Shown in pieces: positions 38,834 through 50,706 of a stretch of DNA of 64,000 bases. The DNA comes from Mobula hypostoma (Eukaryota): NCBI RefSeq assembly GCF_963921235.1, contig NC_086109.1, forward strand, positions 34,288,001-34,352,000. The letters run 5' to 3'. Both the position numbers and the translations under genes were made by a program. The notes beneath the pieces were generated by a model. It saw only the letters and a program-made list of their open reading frames with translations. It did no database searches and was not told the DNA's origin. How positions within the stretch are numbered: position 1 is the stretch's first letter; every line of letters starts with the position of its first letter.

Positions 38834-38929
38834 TGTGTTGGTGTGAATGTTTGACAAACTTGTTATGTCTCATTGAGAAATTAACCAGTCAGATAGCTAA
38901 AAGGTACTAAGTGTATGCTTAGCATTTAG

Positions 38930-40265
38930 ATTTGTGGAAGACATTTGATAAGGTGGAACATAGCAGGAAAATGCACAAGATAAGAACTCATGAAGTTGAG
39001 AGTTTCACATTGCTTTGGATAAGGAATTGGTGGACAGGCATAAAAGCAAAGCTTTCTGGTAGGTCTGAGAGGTGGTCTCATTAAAACATGAAGGAGCTTG
39101 ACAGGTAGACGATGGTGGGGGAGCTTAGAGTTGACATGCTACATTCAAGCGGGCACCCATAGAAGTGAGATGGGGAGGAACTTCTCTTAGTGACCATCTG
39201 TTTTTGTAGATTGTGAGGAAGGTTGTCCAAGGCTACAGCATGTTAATTGAATAGGTGGAAAGTTTGACAGAGCAGTGGAAAATGGAATTTAGTCCTGAAA
39301 AATCTGAGATGATGTAGACAAGGGTAATGCACAACTCGTGACAGGACAACACATACAGAGTGCTGGAGGAACTCAGCTGGTCAACAGCATCTCTGGTGAG
39401 GAATAAGCAGTCGATCTTTCAGGTCACTACTCTTCGTCAGAATTGGAAAGGAAGTGGGAGGAGTTGCAGAAGCCAGAATAAGGAGAAGGGACCTCCTCTA
39501 CTGCCACGATGAGGTCAAGATCAGGTTTGAACGGCAATCCCTCATATTTCATCTGGGAACCCTATCTTGATGGCATGTCATTGATTTCACCGATTTCTGG
39601 TAATCTCCCCCCCACCTCTTTCCTTTTTCCATTCCTTCTCTACTCCGCACCTGCCTTGGGGAGTGTTGGTGAATAGAGAGACACTGGGGAATAGCTTAGT
39701 GGATCCCTGAAATTGATAGTGTGGCGGGATCAAGTGGTGAAGAAGATATATGTGATGTCAACATTCTTTAGCCATGGCACAGAATATAAGGATGTCATGT
39801 TGCAAGTTTATAACACATTGGTTAGGACACACCTGGAGTATTGTGTGCAGTTCTCGTTGGAGAGGGTGCAGAGGAATTCACCAGGACGATGCTGCCATTA
39901 CAGTTATTAAGCGAGACAAATCCAGTAGGCCGGATTTGTTTTCCTAGGGGTGGAGAAGGCTGAAGGGTGACCTGATAAAGTGTATAAATTGAGGAGAATA
40001 ATTTTCTCCCATGGTGGTGGTAGCTAAGACAAGATGAGGGGAAGGAATTTAGAGGGGATCTAAATGGGAATCTTTTCACATGGAATGTGGTTGGTGCCTC
40101 TTTAAATGCCAGAAGAAGTTGTGGAGGTGGATATACTCAAGGCATATAAGGAGCATCCGGACAAGGAATAGAAATTACGGATGTCATGTGAGGAAATGGA
40201 TTAGTGTAGATAATTACAACAGGCAGCACAAACATGCTAGGCTAAAGAGCATGTTTTGTATGACT
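38930..40265 (+). mobile_element. Mosaic of old CR1 fragments with a nested Penelope pLTR/3' remnant (~39348-39655)
   Basis: YKDVMLQVYNTLVRTHLEYCVQF; RRLKGDLIKC; pLTR GTGCTGGAGGAACTCAGCTGGTCA at ~39360. Confidence 0.6.
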
Positions 40266-40779
40266 TTGACCCCCTTTGCTATCTGTCTCCACAAATGTAA
40301 TTCCTTGAGTACAGATTGTCATGTGGCACATACTTTCTTTGATGCTGGACCAGAAAATCAACTAGTCTCAGTAGTAATTGGTATTACAATGACACTTCAA
40401 TAAAACTGAAAATGAATATCTAAATCTTGTAAAATCAGAGCTCTAAATATACAGAAGAAATGATTGCTCTCTGTTTGGTGATTTATTCTTTTATGAAAAT
40501 ACTTCAGTTTACTTTCATTAAGAAACTCTCAATTTGAGTTGTTTTAAAATAATCAATTATGTAAAACCAGGAATAAGGTGAAAGGCATATTTTCTCGAGG
40601 AAGTTGTATTCATCTTGGCAATATCCTTCCATTATTGTTTAGTCACAGTGGAAGGCTGTTGAATATAAAGTAGACTTTGTATTTGCAAATCTGCTATGTT
40701 GGTGAAATATGAAGGATATGAGGACCTAAGAGGAGCTGTTTATTCTGGCAAAGTAGACGAATTGGCAATAGTATATTAA

Positions 40780-41020
40780 CTGCAAACACAAGAAAGTCTG
40801 CTGATGCTGGAAATCCAGAGCAACACACACAAAACGCTGGAGGAACTCAGCAGGTCAGGCAGCATCCATGGAAAAGAAACCTGACGAAGGGTCTCGGCCT
40901 GAAACGTCGACTGCGCCTCTTCCTAGAGATGCTGCCTGGCCTGCTGCGTTCACCAGCAACTTTGATGTGTGTTGTTAAAAGAATAAACAATCAACATTTC
41001 AGGCCAAGACCTCTTCTTCA
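40780..41020. mobile_element. Penelope pLTR (minus) containing a younger, oppositely oriented 98-bp pLTR insertion (40879-40976)
   Basis: The older copy is interrupted at AAAAGAA (40872-40878 / 40977-40983) by ACCTGACGAAGGGTCTCGGCCTGAAACGTCGACTG..GTGTGTTGTT. Confidence 0.8.
40881..40913 (+). ncRNA. Minimal type-I hammerhead ribozyme core (5' arm of helix I lost)
   Basis: CUGACGA - AGG(GUCUCGG)CCU helix II - GAAA - C GUC - GACUG; ACGU palindrome in place of helix III. Confidence 0.65.
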
Positions 41021-41707
41021 ACATATTAAATGGTAATTTTATGGAGGGAATGTTTCCCAATCATACCCTGCACATTCTGTTTCTTTTGTCAAATGGATAT
41101 GTCTTCACTTACTTCCATGGTATTGTACTGGTAGCTGTTAATTCCTTTTTGGATTACTCCTGTTTTGGTTATTTGAGATACAATATATAATTATATATCC
41201 AACCAGCCTAAGTCCTGTTTACCCAATATCCCTATGGTTGTTAAATCTACCAATACTTGCCTTTAAAAACTTGAAGCCATGAATTCCAATTCTTCAGCTC
41301 TCTTGCTCCTCATAAAATCTATGACCTTCTCGAGGTATCCAGCACCCTGGGTTCATTTAATATTTCTTACTTATACTTACTTGTACATCAGCCATTTTCT
41401 TCAGATGAATGCTGGAGAGAATGATGTCAGTTGTAACATTTTACAAGGAATGTCCTCTAAACCCTCCTACAAATCACTCTAGTATCTCATTCTTTGCTTT
41501 GGTCAATTTGTACAAGTTCACTCTTGTGCTGTTGGGAAATATTCCCACTATAAAGCTGACATTTAATAAACAGTTGCCAAAGATTGAGATTAGATAGCAA
41601 CATTATTTGCCTAGAATGTACAATGGTTTCGTGCTATAAATCCTTTTTTAATCATTATGGTAATGTATGAACAAAAATGACTGTGCATTAGATTTTATTA
41701 AGAAATA

Positions 41708-42044
41708 TGAGGGGTGATTGATAACTTTGTGGCCTAAGGTAGAAGGAGTCAATTTTAGAAAACCTGGCACATTTATTTTTCGTACATTTACACACTTAGT
41801 CCAGTGGTCGTGGAGCATACGGATCTCTTCTTTGTAGAAGTTGGCGTCTTGGACCTCCAGAAGTGGTCCACAGCAGGGGGGATTGATAATCTTGTAGCCT
41901 AAGGTAGAAGGAGATGAGTTATTAACTTCCAAACTTTTTGCATTTTCACTCAAAGAGTTGAACTGCACATGCATGAAACGAGAGCTGTGTAACTCATCTC
42001 CTTCTACCTTAAGCCACAAACTTATCAATCACCCCTGCTGTGGA
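41708..42044. mobile_element. Second copy of the mariner-derived MITE, truncated on the right
   Basis: TA|TGAGGGGTGATTGATAAC.. colinear with 28737-29070; minus-strand LEVQDANFYKEEIRMLHDHWTKCV resembles a mariner transposase C-terminus. Confidence 0.85.
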
Positions 42045-42049
42045 GGGAT

Positions 42050-42985
42050 CTAAGGGGAGGTCATAGACAGGTGAGAAGAAGTAAGAGGCCAGAGTGGGGA
42101 ATAGAAAAAAAGGGGAGGGAGATGGAGTTTTTTTTTACTGGAAGGAGAAATCGATATCCATGCCATCAGGTTGGAGGCCACCTAGACAGAACATAAGATA
42201 TTGCTCCTCCACCCTGAGTGTGGCCTCATCCTGGCACAAGAGTTGGCCATGGACCAACATGTCAGAATGTGAATGGGAATCAAAATTAAATTGTTTGACC
42301 AGTGGGAAGTTCCGCTTTTGGTGGATGGAACGGAGGAGCTCGATGAAGGTGTCCTCCAATTTACAATGGATCTCACCAAAGTAGAGGAGGCCATATTGGG
42401 AGCACCGGACACAATAGACAACCCTAGTAGATTCACAGGTGAAGCGCTGCCTCACCTAGAAGGACTGTTTGGGGCTCTGAATGGAGGTGAGGGCTGAGGT
42501 GAATAGACAGGTGTAGCACTTAGGCTACTTGCAGGACTAAGTTCCAGGAGGGATGTTTGGACAAGTGAATCATGGACGGAGAGATTTCTGTGGAAAGCAA
42601 AGAGGGAGGGGGTAGGTAAAGATACTTTTGGTGCTAGGGTCCCTTTGGAGATGGCAGAAGTTGCAGAGGATGATGTGTTGGATGCGGAGGCTCATGTGGT
42701 GCTAGGTAAGGACAAGAGAATCTCTATCACTGTTAAGGGAATGGGAACGATGGAGGAGATGCGTGAGAGGGCAGCATCAGTGGCGGAGGAGGGGAAAACC
42801 TTGTTCTTTCCAGGATGTAGCTTTCCATTCCAGGAATTCAGAGATGTCCCCCCACATTTTTATTCTGGCATCTTCCACTTTTCTTTCTAGTCCTGAAGAA
42901 GGATCTCGGCCTGAAACATCGACTGTTTATTCTTCTCCATAGATGCTGCCTGACCTGCTAAGTTCCTCCAGCATTTTGTGTTGCC
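42050..42985 (-). mobile_element. Penelope-like element fragment: GIY-YIG endonuclease plus an inverted pLTR (42850-42985)
   Basis: FTCESTRVVYCVRCSQYGLLYFGEI..HSHSDM..LRVEEQYLMFCLGGLQPDGMDIDFS; an inverted pLTR at the truncated 5' end is typical of Penelope insertions. Confidence 0.88.
42888..42925 (+). ncRNA. Minimal type-I hammerhead ribozyme motif in the Penelope pLTR
   Basis: UAGUC-CUGAAGA-AGG(AUCUCGG)CCU-GAAA-CAUC-GACUG: helix I arms pair, CUGANGA and GAAA boxes are intact, triplet mutated GUC>AUC. Confidence 0.6.
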
Positions 42986-44002
42986 TTGGTAACAGTAAGT
43001 TTGCCGTGGTAGTGCCACTGTTGTGCTATGCCTACAAAATTCATTTTATTGGCATCGGTGAAATGAATTTCAGAGGCACTAAAAACCTGGGAGGATACTG
43101 TGCAGAATTGTTCTCTTGGGATGTTTTTCATTACCTAGAATGTTTGATCTTTGTTCATGTTTGTGATAATGTATCTAATCTAGGATGCAATTATGTTTTA
43201 AAAACTGGTTGGTGGAGGAGATATGATGGTGACATTTAAGACACGTTTATATAGGCACAGGCAGAGAAAGAAGGATATACAGTAACCCATGTGCACCCAG
43301 ATGGGATTAGTTTAAATTGGCATCGTGGTTAGCACAGAGAGGATGGCTGAAGATCCTGTTCTTTGTATCTTTAATAAAAATCTCAATGATTCTCTATTTG
43401 CACATGACCGCAGATTATTGATCTTTCTAAATGAAATGCCTTTCTCACATAAATTCTTTCAGAAATAGTTTTATTTCATATGGCCTGGATTTTGCTTGAA
43501 AGTTGTTTGGGACTTAAGTGCATACATTGTTTAATGCAGAATACTGAAACTTGGCTGAACCTATAATTCTCTGCAGCAGAGGTCCACCTTGATGAGATTC
43601 GCCTACACTAACAGAAGACTTGTGACTCCAGTGATATCACGGGAGGTTATAGGATCTTGGAAAAGAAAGCAGGAAGGGGAAAAAAATATTATTTTATTTA
43701 GTTACATTGTCTTTGCTTCATGCTTTTAGCCAATTATATTTTTAAAAGTTCATGATTAAAATATTTCATTTTTTAATTTAATTCTTCTACAGACTTTATA
43801 CATCTCTGAATGTCAGAAATATAGGGTTTATTTAAGAATGTAGTTTTGACAGCCAGCATAGCTGAGGGGATGGTTTTTATGTTCATCATAGCTTTCAGGG
43901 CTATCTGAGGGGCATGGCTTCATCAGTTCTTGGGGTGATTAGTATTGGAATTAAGCTATTCCAGCTGGATCTGACCTCTTAAAAGTTTTCTTTGTTTTTC
44001 AG

Positions 44003-44073
44003 TTTGGTGGATGATAGGTGTGTTGTCGAGCCAGGAGCTGGAGACCTGGAAAATCCTCCCAAAAAATTTAGAG
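44003..44073 (+). CDS. ITPR3: ITPR3 second coding exon (71 nt, phase-2 start, phase-1 end)
   Basis: Acceptor TTTTCTTTGTTTTTCAG|; completes Gly then [23 protein letters not shown]; donor AG|GTAAAT; in frame with exon 1. Confidence 0.95.
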
Positions 44074-45897
44074 GTAAATTTGGATCATGGCATATTACTG
44101 TATAAATGATAAGGGGTCAGATAATTCATATGTTTTTGGTTTATTTTGGTAACTTAAGCTAGGAGAACAAATAGTATCCAACTTTAAAATATCCTTTGAA
44201 ACATAAATATTAGCTCTTATAAAATTCTAAAATTTGTTTAGAAGTATTTTTGAATTTATTATTTAGCCTTAAATAAATGGACAATGCTAGTCACAATGTT
44301 AAGGCAATAGAAAGTAAGTTTATTCTGCAAATGTTAAGATATATTCCTTGAAACACTTTCTTGCAGGGTGTTATTTTTTTCAGAAAGTATATCAAAGCTT
44401 CCTTTATGTATTTGTTATATATACATGAAGGGACTAAGATAGATTTCTGCTGAATATATTTAAGATTTATAGCTGCCTAAACTATAGTTTCATTTTTAAA
44501 TTATTTTTATAATGTTGCCTGAATTGCTGTTTCTAGTGGTTTTTGTTCACAAAAAAAATTTTAGCCCTCTGATAACATAATTTTCATGAGGTTGCTCAGG
44601 TAGCTTAATAACTCAGCCCTGAGCCTTTGTTTCTGGCCCGTCATAGCTCAGTGTTTCATATTTGTTTTTCTGGAATTCAGTCATATGGTTTAATAGCTTT
44701 GTGTCCTTTGGCTTAATTGATGCCTTTAGCATTTGGAATTCTTTTCTCAATATAACATGCTGAATGGTATTTAGGAAGTAGAGGAATGGTTATTTGTCAA
44801 ACCTTTACCAGTTCTTTTTTAATTATGATCATCCGAACTCCAATGCTTTGTTGTTCACATAATCTTGTATGTATGCTGCACCCACCGCTATCAATCTTGA
44901 AGTGTACCACCTAGATTCAGTGTGTCTGTGCTCTGCAGAAGAGGGCATTTGTGGTCAAATATCCCTGAAGAGCTGTAGACATCGTCACTCAGGAAGAAGT
45001 GACATGTGCTGTGCTGATATCATAACGCAAACAGTGATTTCCTGTTGTGGTGCACAAACTAAATCAGAGGATATGGAAGTTAATGGACGACAAGTTTCTT
45101 TTGTATGGAGGTAAGATGAGGACAGTGTGGTGGAGTTGGTGTGGTCACTTGGTGATATAAGCAAAGTATTAGCTAACTTCATTGTTTTTTATGTTATTTT
45201 ATGATGAGCTGCTTTTGTACTCTGTACAGTGCTTGTGCAAAGGTCATAGACATTTTTCGCTAGGGTGCTGAAGACTTCTCCACAGTACTGTACTCATCAA
45301 CATGAAGCTGAGAGCGAGTTTGTAAATCTGGCGGGTGCAAAAGATGTTGGGAATGGCGAGGGTGGAGAACCATGGGAGAAGTGTGGGACAGGAGGCAGAG
45401 AAGGAGCGCCGGGGTGGGAGGCAGCATTGGTGTAGACACACTCAGCCCTGAGGTCATTTGATTTCGAACAAGTGGTTTATTGATCGTTACAGAAACGTCT
45501 CTCCGTTGCTTCTTGCTCCCTCTTCTCTCCCTTCCCCTTTTCCCAACCGTGACTCCTCTCTTCCTGCATTCTTCCTACTCTCAGTCCACGACAGGTTTAT
45601 CATTCACATACAATATGAAATTAGTTTTTTTTGCGGTAGTACAATGCAATACATAACATTACTACAGTATAGTACCCCTATTAATTTGATACATATTATA
45701 AACCTGTATGCTTACTACATTCCATCTCCTTCAAATATCTATCAATATGGATCTCTGACCTTCTCACTGCTCCTGTACACTCTTTAGACCTGTACCAATT
45801 CATCTAAATTGCCTTCCCTTTTCCCTTCCTTATTACAGTTCCCACTTTGCATTAATTTCCATTTACCCTACGCCAGCCTATTTTGCAAACCAATTTA

Positions 45898-46296
45898 CAA
45901 CCATTGGCTACTTTATTAGATACACCTGTACACCTGCTCGTTAATGCAAATATCTAATCAGCCAGTCATGAGGCAGCAACTCAGAGCATAACAGTATGCT
46001 GACAGAGTCCAGAGGTTCATTGTTGTTCAGGTAAACGTCAAAATGGGGGGGGGAAAAACAGGAAGAAATATTCTGTGGTCAAAAATGTCTTGTTAATGAG
46101 AGAGGTCAGAGAAGAATGGTCAGACTAGTTTAAGCTGGCAGAAAGGTGACAGAAACTCAAATAAACGTGTAACAACAATGGTTTGCAGAAGAGCACCACT
46201 GAATGCACAGCACGTTGAACCTTGAAGTGGATGGGCTACAGCAACAGAAAGCCACAAATGTACACTCAATGGCCACTTTATTAGGTACCTGCTGTA
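45898..46296 (+). mobile_element. Tc1-like DNA transposon deletion derivative
   Basis: Terminus-like TGG(CT/CC)ACTTTATTAG(A/G)TAC repeated at ~45905 and ~46270; transposase HTH relic CLVNERGQRRMVRLV..TLKWMGYSNRKP. Confidence 0.65.
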
Positions 46297-46964
46297 TTAT
46301 TTATGTGGATTATCAATTATTTGTAATATAGTACAAATCAAATGATTCAAATGGTTCAATTTACTATCAGAGTGTATACAGTATACAACCTGAAATTCTT
46401 ACTCTTTACAGACATCCATTAAACGATAAACCCCTTAGACTGAATGATAGAGTCATCAGAACCCCCTGAGCCCCCATTGCACAAGAAGAAGAAGAATTAT
46501 CGACCCTCTTCCTCCCCTTCCCACCCCCCACTTATGCCAGCAGAAACACCGACCCCTACCATGCAAGTAACAGAAAAAGCCCCCAAAGAGACCTTGATCT
46601 AGGGTCCATCAAAAACTTCAGTCCATAGCCCAGCACAGCACTTTGGTATCTCAAACAGGCTCTCTCTCTCTCTCTATCAAGGAAGAGAGACGTCGCTCCT
46701 GCAGCAAGAGCAGAGTCCACAAACTCGCTGTTCCAATGTTACAATCTTCCGTGTCGCTTCTCCAAGCCTCCCCAACTCAGGGACTGACAAATAGAGAGAG
46801 AGATATCACTCGAGTATAGAGGCCTTCTTATAACAGCAGCACACACCGCCTGTAGTCTCAATGTTTCAGTCTCCGACGACATTTCAGTCGGCGAAATTGG
46901 TGAGGAACCAGGACATCTTCTTCCTGAAGTTGTATGTCTTCCAGGCTGTGCATCGGTGGAACAA

Positions 46965-47610
46965 GTCATTAGGAAGCTAAATGGATTAATAATTATTATT
47001 GCAAAGAGTAGGAGTTTAAAAGTGGAGAAGACAGTGCTATGACTGCGGATGCTGATAAGACCACCTGTGGAGTAACGTCATAGAGCCATAGACAATTACA
47101 TCACAGAAAAGGCCATTCGGCCCATCCAGTCCATGCCAGACGATTTAAATTGCCTAGTCCCATCTACTTGCACCTGGACCATAGCCCTCCCTATCCCTCC
47201 CATTCATATACCTATCCAAACTTCTCTTAAGCATTGAAATCAAAATCACATCTAACACCTGCGTCGGCAGCTCCTTCCACACTCTCACTAGCCTTTGAGT
47301 GAAGAAGATTCCCCTCATGTTCCCCTAAAATGTTTCACCTTTCACATTTAACCCATGACCTCTAGTTGTAGTCTCACCTTACCTCAGTAAAGAAAGCATT
47401 TGAGGAATTGTTTCACAGGTTGGGCCTGTGCTCATTTTTGAATATATTCAAAGCTGAGATAAGCAGATGTGCAATCTATTGGGGAACAAGAATGGTGGTG
47501 AAAGATCAGACAAGTAGAACTGACGTCAAGATCAGATTCGCTATGATCTTACTGAATGATGAAGCAGGCCTGAGGGGGCCACATGGCTACTCCCAATTCT
47601 ATTCCTTTAT
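46965..47610. mobile_element. Old plus-strand CR1 fragment with a nested minus-strand CR1 3' end (~47078-47392)
   Basis: RKLNGL..IAKSRSLK..LIRPPVE on the plus strand; CATAGA..AGGCCATTCGGCCCATC minus-strand CR1 tail. Confidence 0.6.
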
Positions 47611-48259
47611 GATGTTACAGTTTCATGAAAAGCAACCATTTATCAAGACTTTCTGTTCTTAACCCATTATAATAGCCATTTATCCAAAGTGATACTTCCC
47701 TTTCTGTTTCATGAACTTCAGTTAAGTTCATCAGTGTTTTATGTGGTACTTCATCAAATACTTTCTCAAAATTCATGCAATTTGCACCCACTGGTATCCC
47801 TTCATTGTCCTTCTACGTTATTTTGACAGAAACATCAATTAAATTAGACATCATCTGCCTTCTGTAAATCCATGTTGGCATGTGTTAGAATTAACTAAGT
47901 TTCTTGTTATTAATATTTCTGAACACTGTTATTAAATTGAGTGGTCTACTTATTGGAAGTGTTGTAATATTCTTGTTTAGCTTTTTCATTATTTGCACAT
48001 CAAACTGTGTATATCTTGAACCAATAACAGCTGTACACAGAATACTCACCTCTGCAGAGTAGATTCCAAGCTAGAGCCTAAAAAAGGTAAGTAACTCTGC
48101 TGGTTAGGTAACAGTGATGTCACACTATCAAGCTGCTGTTTTATGCAACCATGCAAACCTGGCAAAATGTGGGGAAAGACCTCATCTGTGATATATTTTG
48201 AAGACGCTGAATCCCTAGTTAATAGAAACAGTAATATTTTATTGAGTAATAATATTATA

Positions 48260-48485
48260 ATGATAGCGTAACATTACTGCAGCGTCAGTGACCCAAGTCC
48301 AGTTCTGCTGTTGTCTGTAAAGTGTTTGCACGTTTTTCCTGTGACCACATGTGTTTCCTCTGGTGGCTCCAGTTTCCTCTCACATTCCAAAGAAGTACAG
48401 GTTAGTTGATTAATTGGTCACATGGGTGTAATTGGGCAGTGCAGGTCTTTTACTGTGTTGTATCTCTAAATAGAATAAAAGTAAA
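48260..48485 (+). mobile_element. tRNA-derived SINE (HE1/V-SINE-like)
   Basis: GTGTTTCCTCTGGTGGCTCCAGTTTCCTCTCACATTCCAAAGA body; CTGTGTTGTATCTCTAAATAGAATAAAA tail. Confidence 0.7.
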
Positions 48486-49208
48486 ATATGTAACTGTTGA
48501 ACAAGCTAGTGCTCAGCAAGGGTTACTGAGCATCAAAAATCATTTGTGCAGAATGAACAGAAAGTATAAATCTTAAAGAGAAAGGCTAGAGAATAAAGTA
48601 ACATGGTGAAGTACTTGATTCTAACAACCTTTCATTTGGCTATTGGAACATGGGCTGTGTAATTTTTGTTTTTTATTGCTTTTGGAAGCATTGCTTAAAG
48701 TATTCACTGTTAGCTGTTCAATAACAACACTTTTTACCATCCTTTCTCTAACTTTTATCTCTGTGGTTGTTGTACCATTTGCTGCAACATCAAAGCTGAG
48801 TTTTGGGCTGAATTATCTTGTGACAGTCAATTCCTCTCGAGGTAAAGATCGTACAATAATATCTAAGAACCCTTCCTTCTTCGGGATGAAGTATGAATTG
48901 TTTCAATGCTTGTCTTGTGGGTTCTGATTTAGCACATAAGGGTGGTGAGAACTGTAGGCTCTTCTACAATGGAGAAAGAGTGGTCTGAAAGGACAGACTT
49001 AAGTGCTTCCTGACTTTGAGTGGTTATAAGTCAGGTTATCGTATTTCTTCAAGGACACTTTGAGCACATATTTGAGTCTTTCCCACTGTTCACCTGGCAG
49101 CGTCCTTCCATGATGAATCTCAGCCTAGAATGTTTCAGGAGTTTGGTGCTGAGAATGCAAAAGATGAAATCTCTCATCGTCGCTGGCCAAGTGTGATGTG
49201 AGTATCAA

Positions 49209-49997
49209 TAGTCATAGTCATAGCCATAGTCATGCTTTGTTGATCCCAAGGGAAATTGGTTTTCGTTACAGTTGCACCATAAATAATTAAATAGTAATAT
49301 GTAAATTGTGCCAGGAAATAAGTCCAGGACCAGCCTATTGGCTCAGGGTGTCTGACCCTCCAAGGGAGGAGTTGTAAAGTTTGATGGCCACAGGCAGGAA
49401 TGACTTCCTCTGACGCTCAGTTTTGCATCTCGGTGGAATGAGTCTCTGGCTGAATGTACTCCTGTGCCCAACCAGTCCATTATGTAGTGGATGGGAGACA
49501 TTGTCCAAGATGGCATGCAACTTAGACAGCATCCTCTTTTCAGACACCACCGTCAGAGAGTCCAGTTCCATCCCCACAACATCACTGGCCTTACGAATGA
49601 GTTTGTTGATTCTGTTGGTGTCTGCTACCCTCAGCCTGCTGCCCCAGCACACAACAGCAAACATGATAGCACTGGCCACCACAGACTCGTAGAACATCCT
49701 CAGCATCGTCCAACAGATGTTAAAGGACCTCAGTCTCCTCAGGAAATAGAGATGGCTCTGACCCTTCTTGTAGACCGCCTCAGTGTTCTTTGACCAGTCC
49801 AGTTTATTGTCAATTCATATCCCCAGGTATTTGTAATCCCCCACCATGTCCACACTGACCCCCTGGATGGAAACAGGGGTCACCGGAGCCTTAGCCCTCC
49901 TCAGGTCCACCACCAGCTCCTTAGTCTTTTTCACATTAAGCTGCAGATAATTCTGCTCACACCATGTCTACCGTAGCCCTGTACTCAGCCTCATCAC
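49209..49997 (-). mobile_element. Rex1/Babar LINE 3' fragment, relatively young
   Basis: WCEQNYLQLNVKKTKELVVD, YKYLGI, MLRMFYESVVASAIMFAVVCWG..KSFLPVAIKLYN; (ATGACT)n tail. Confidence 0.9.
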
Positions 49998-50122
49998 CCA
50001 ATGCTGTGGATGTTGGTACAAGAGAAGCCACTGATGTTGGTTTGCTTATGCTACTGCTGAAGCCAAGTATAAATCAGGCTCCTTTAGCTTATGATCAGGG
50101 ATAAAGCTATTCCTGACTAGTA

Positions 50123-50706
50123 CAGACATCCCACCCTGCAAAAGCTCATTTCAGGGAGGTAGCACCATCAATTTGCGGGAGTCTTCCGGAATTTCCGGGT
50201 GAGGTGGGATGTCTGCAATAGAATAGCTCCTTAGCAGCTAGCCGGCTAGTTTAAATAACGTTAGCTATGCTAATAAACGAATGACACCTGTTAAACTCAC
50301 CTCAACATGTCTTTTACAGTCTAACCCACCATGGGCAATAGAAAAGTCACTGTTGCAAACAGTGCAGCGAGCAACACTGTCATTATTTTTGACCCCTATT
50401 AGGCAGGGGTACACTTTAGGGTAGTCTGGGGTGACGTACGTTTTACATTTTCTTTTTTTGGAACATTCTCCCATGGCGGGCTCGCTCTCTCTCTCTCTCT
50501 CTCTCGCACATGCTTGCTCTCTCACTCTCTCAGTCAGTCTCTCACTCTCTCACCCTCTCTCTTGCTCTCTCTCTCGCGCTGTCTCACTCGCTCGCTCTCA
50601 AAAATATTGTATATAATTTATATTATATATATAATTTGCGGGCATCAGGGAGCCACTATTAATATGTGGGAGACTCCCGGAATTTCCGGGAGAGGTGGGA
50701 TGTCTG
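50123..50706 (-). mobile_element. hAT-like non-autonomous DNA transposon retaining a zinc-finger first exon
   Basis: 13-bp TIR CAGACATCCCACC / GGTGGGATGTCTG; candidate 6-bp TSD CTAGTA/CTGGTA; exon 50474-50301 MGECSKKRK..ARCTVCNSDFSIAHGGLDCKRHVE; CT-rich microsatellite 50480-50600. Confidence 0.75.

Noticed and set aside
45340..45592. Purine-rich then pyrimidine-rich block that looks like an interspersed repeat
   Set aside because: No second copy, TIR, TSD or coding motif visible in the window, so it cannot be classified.
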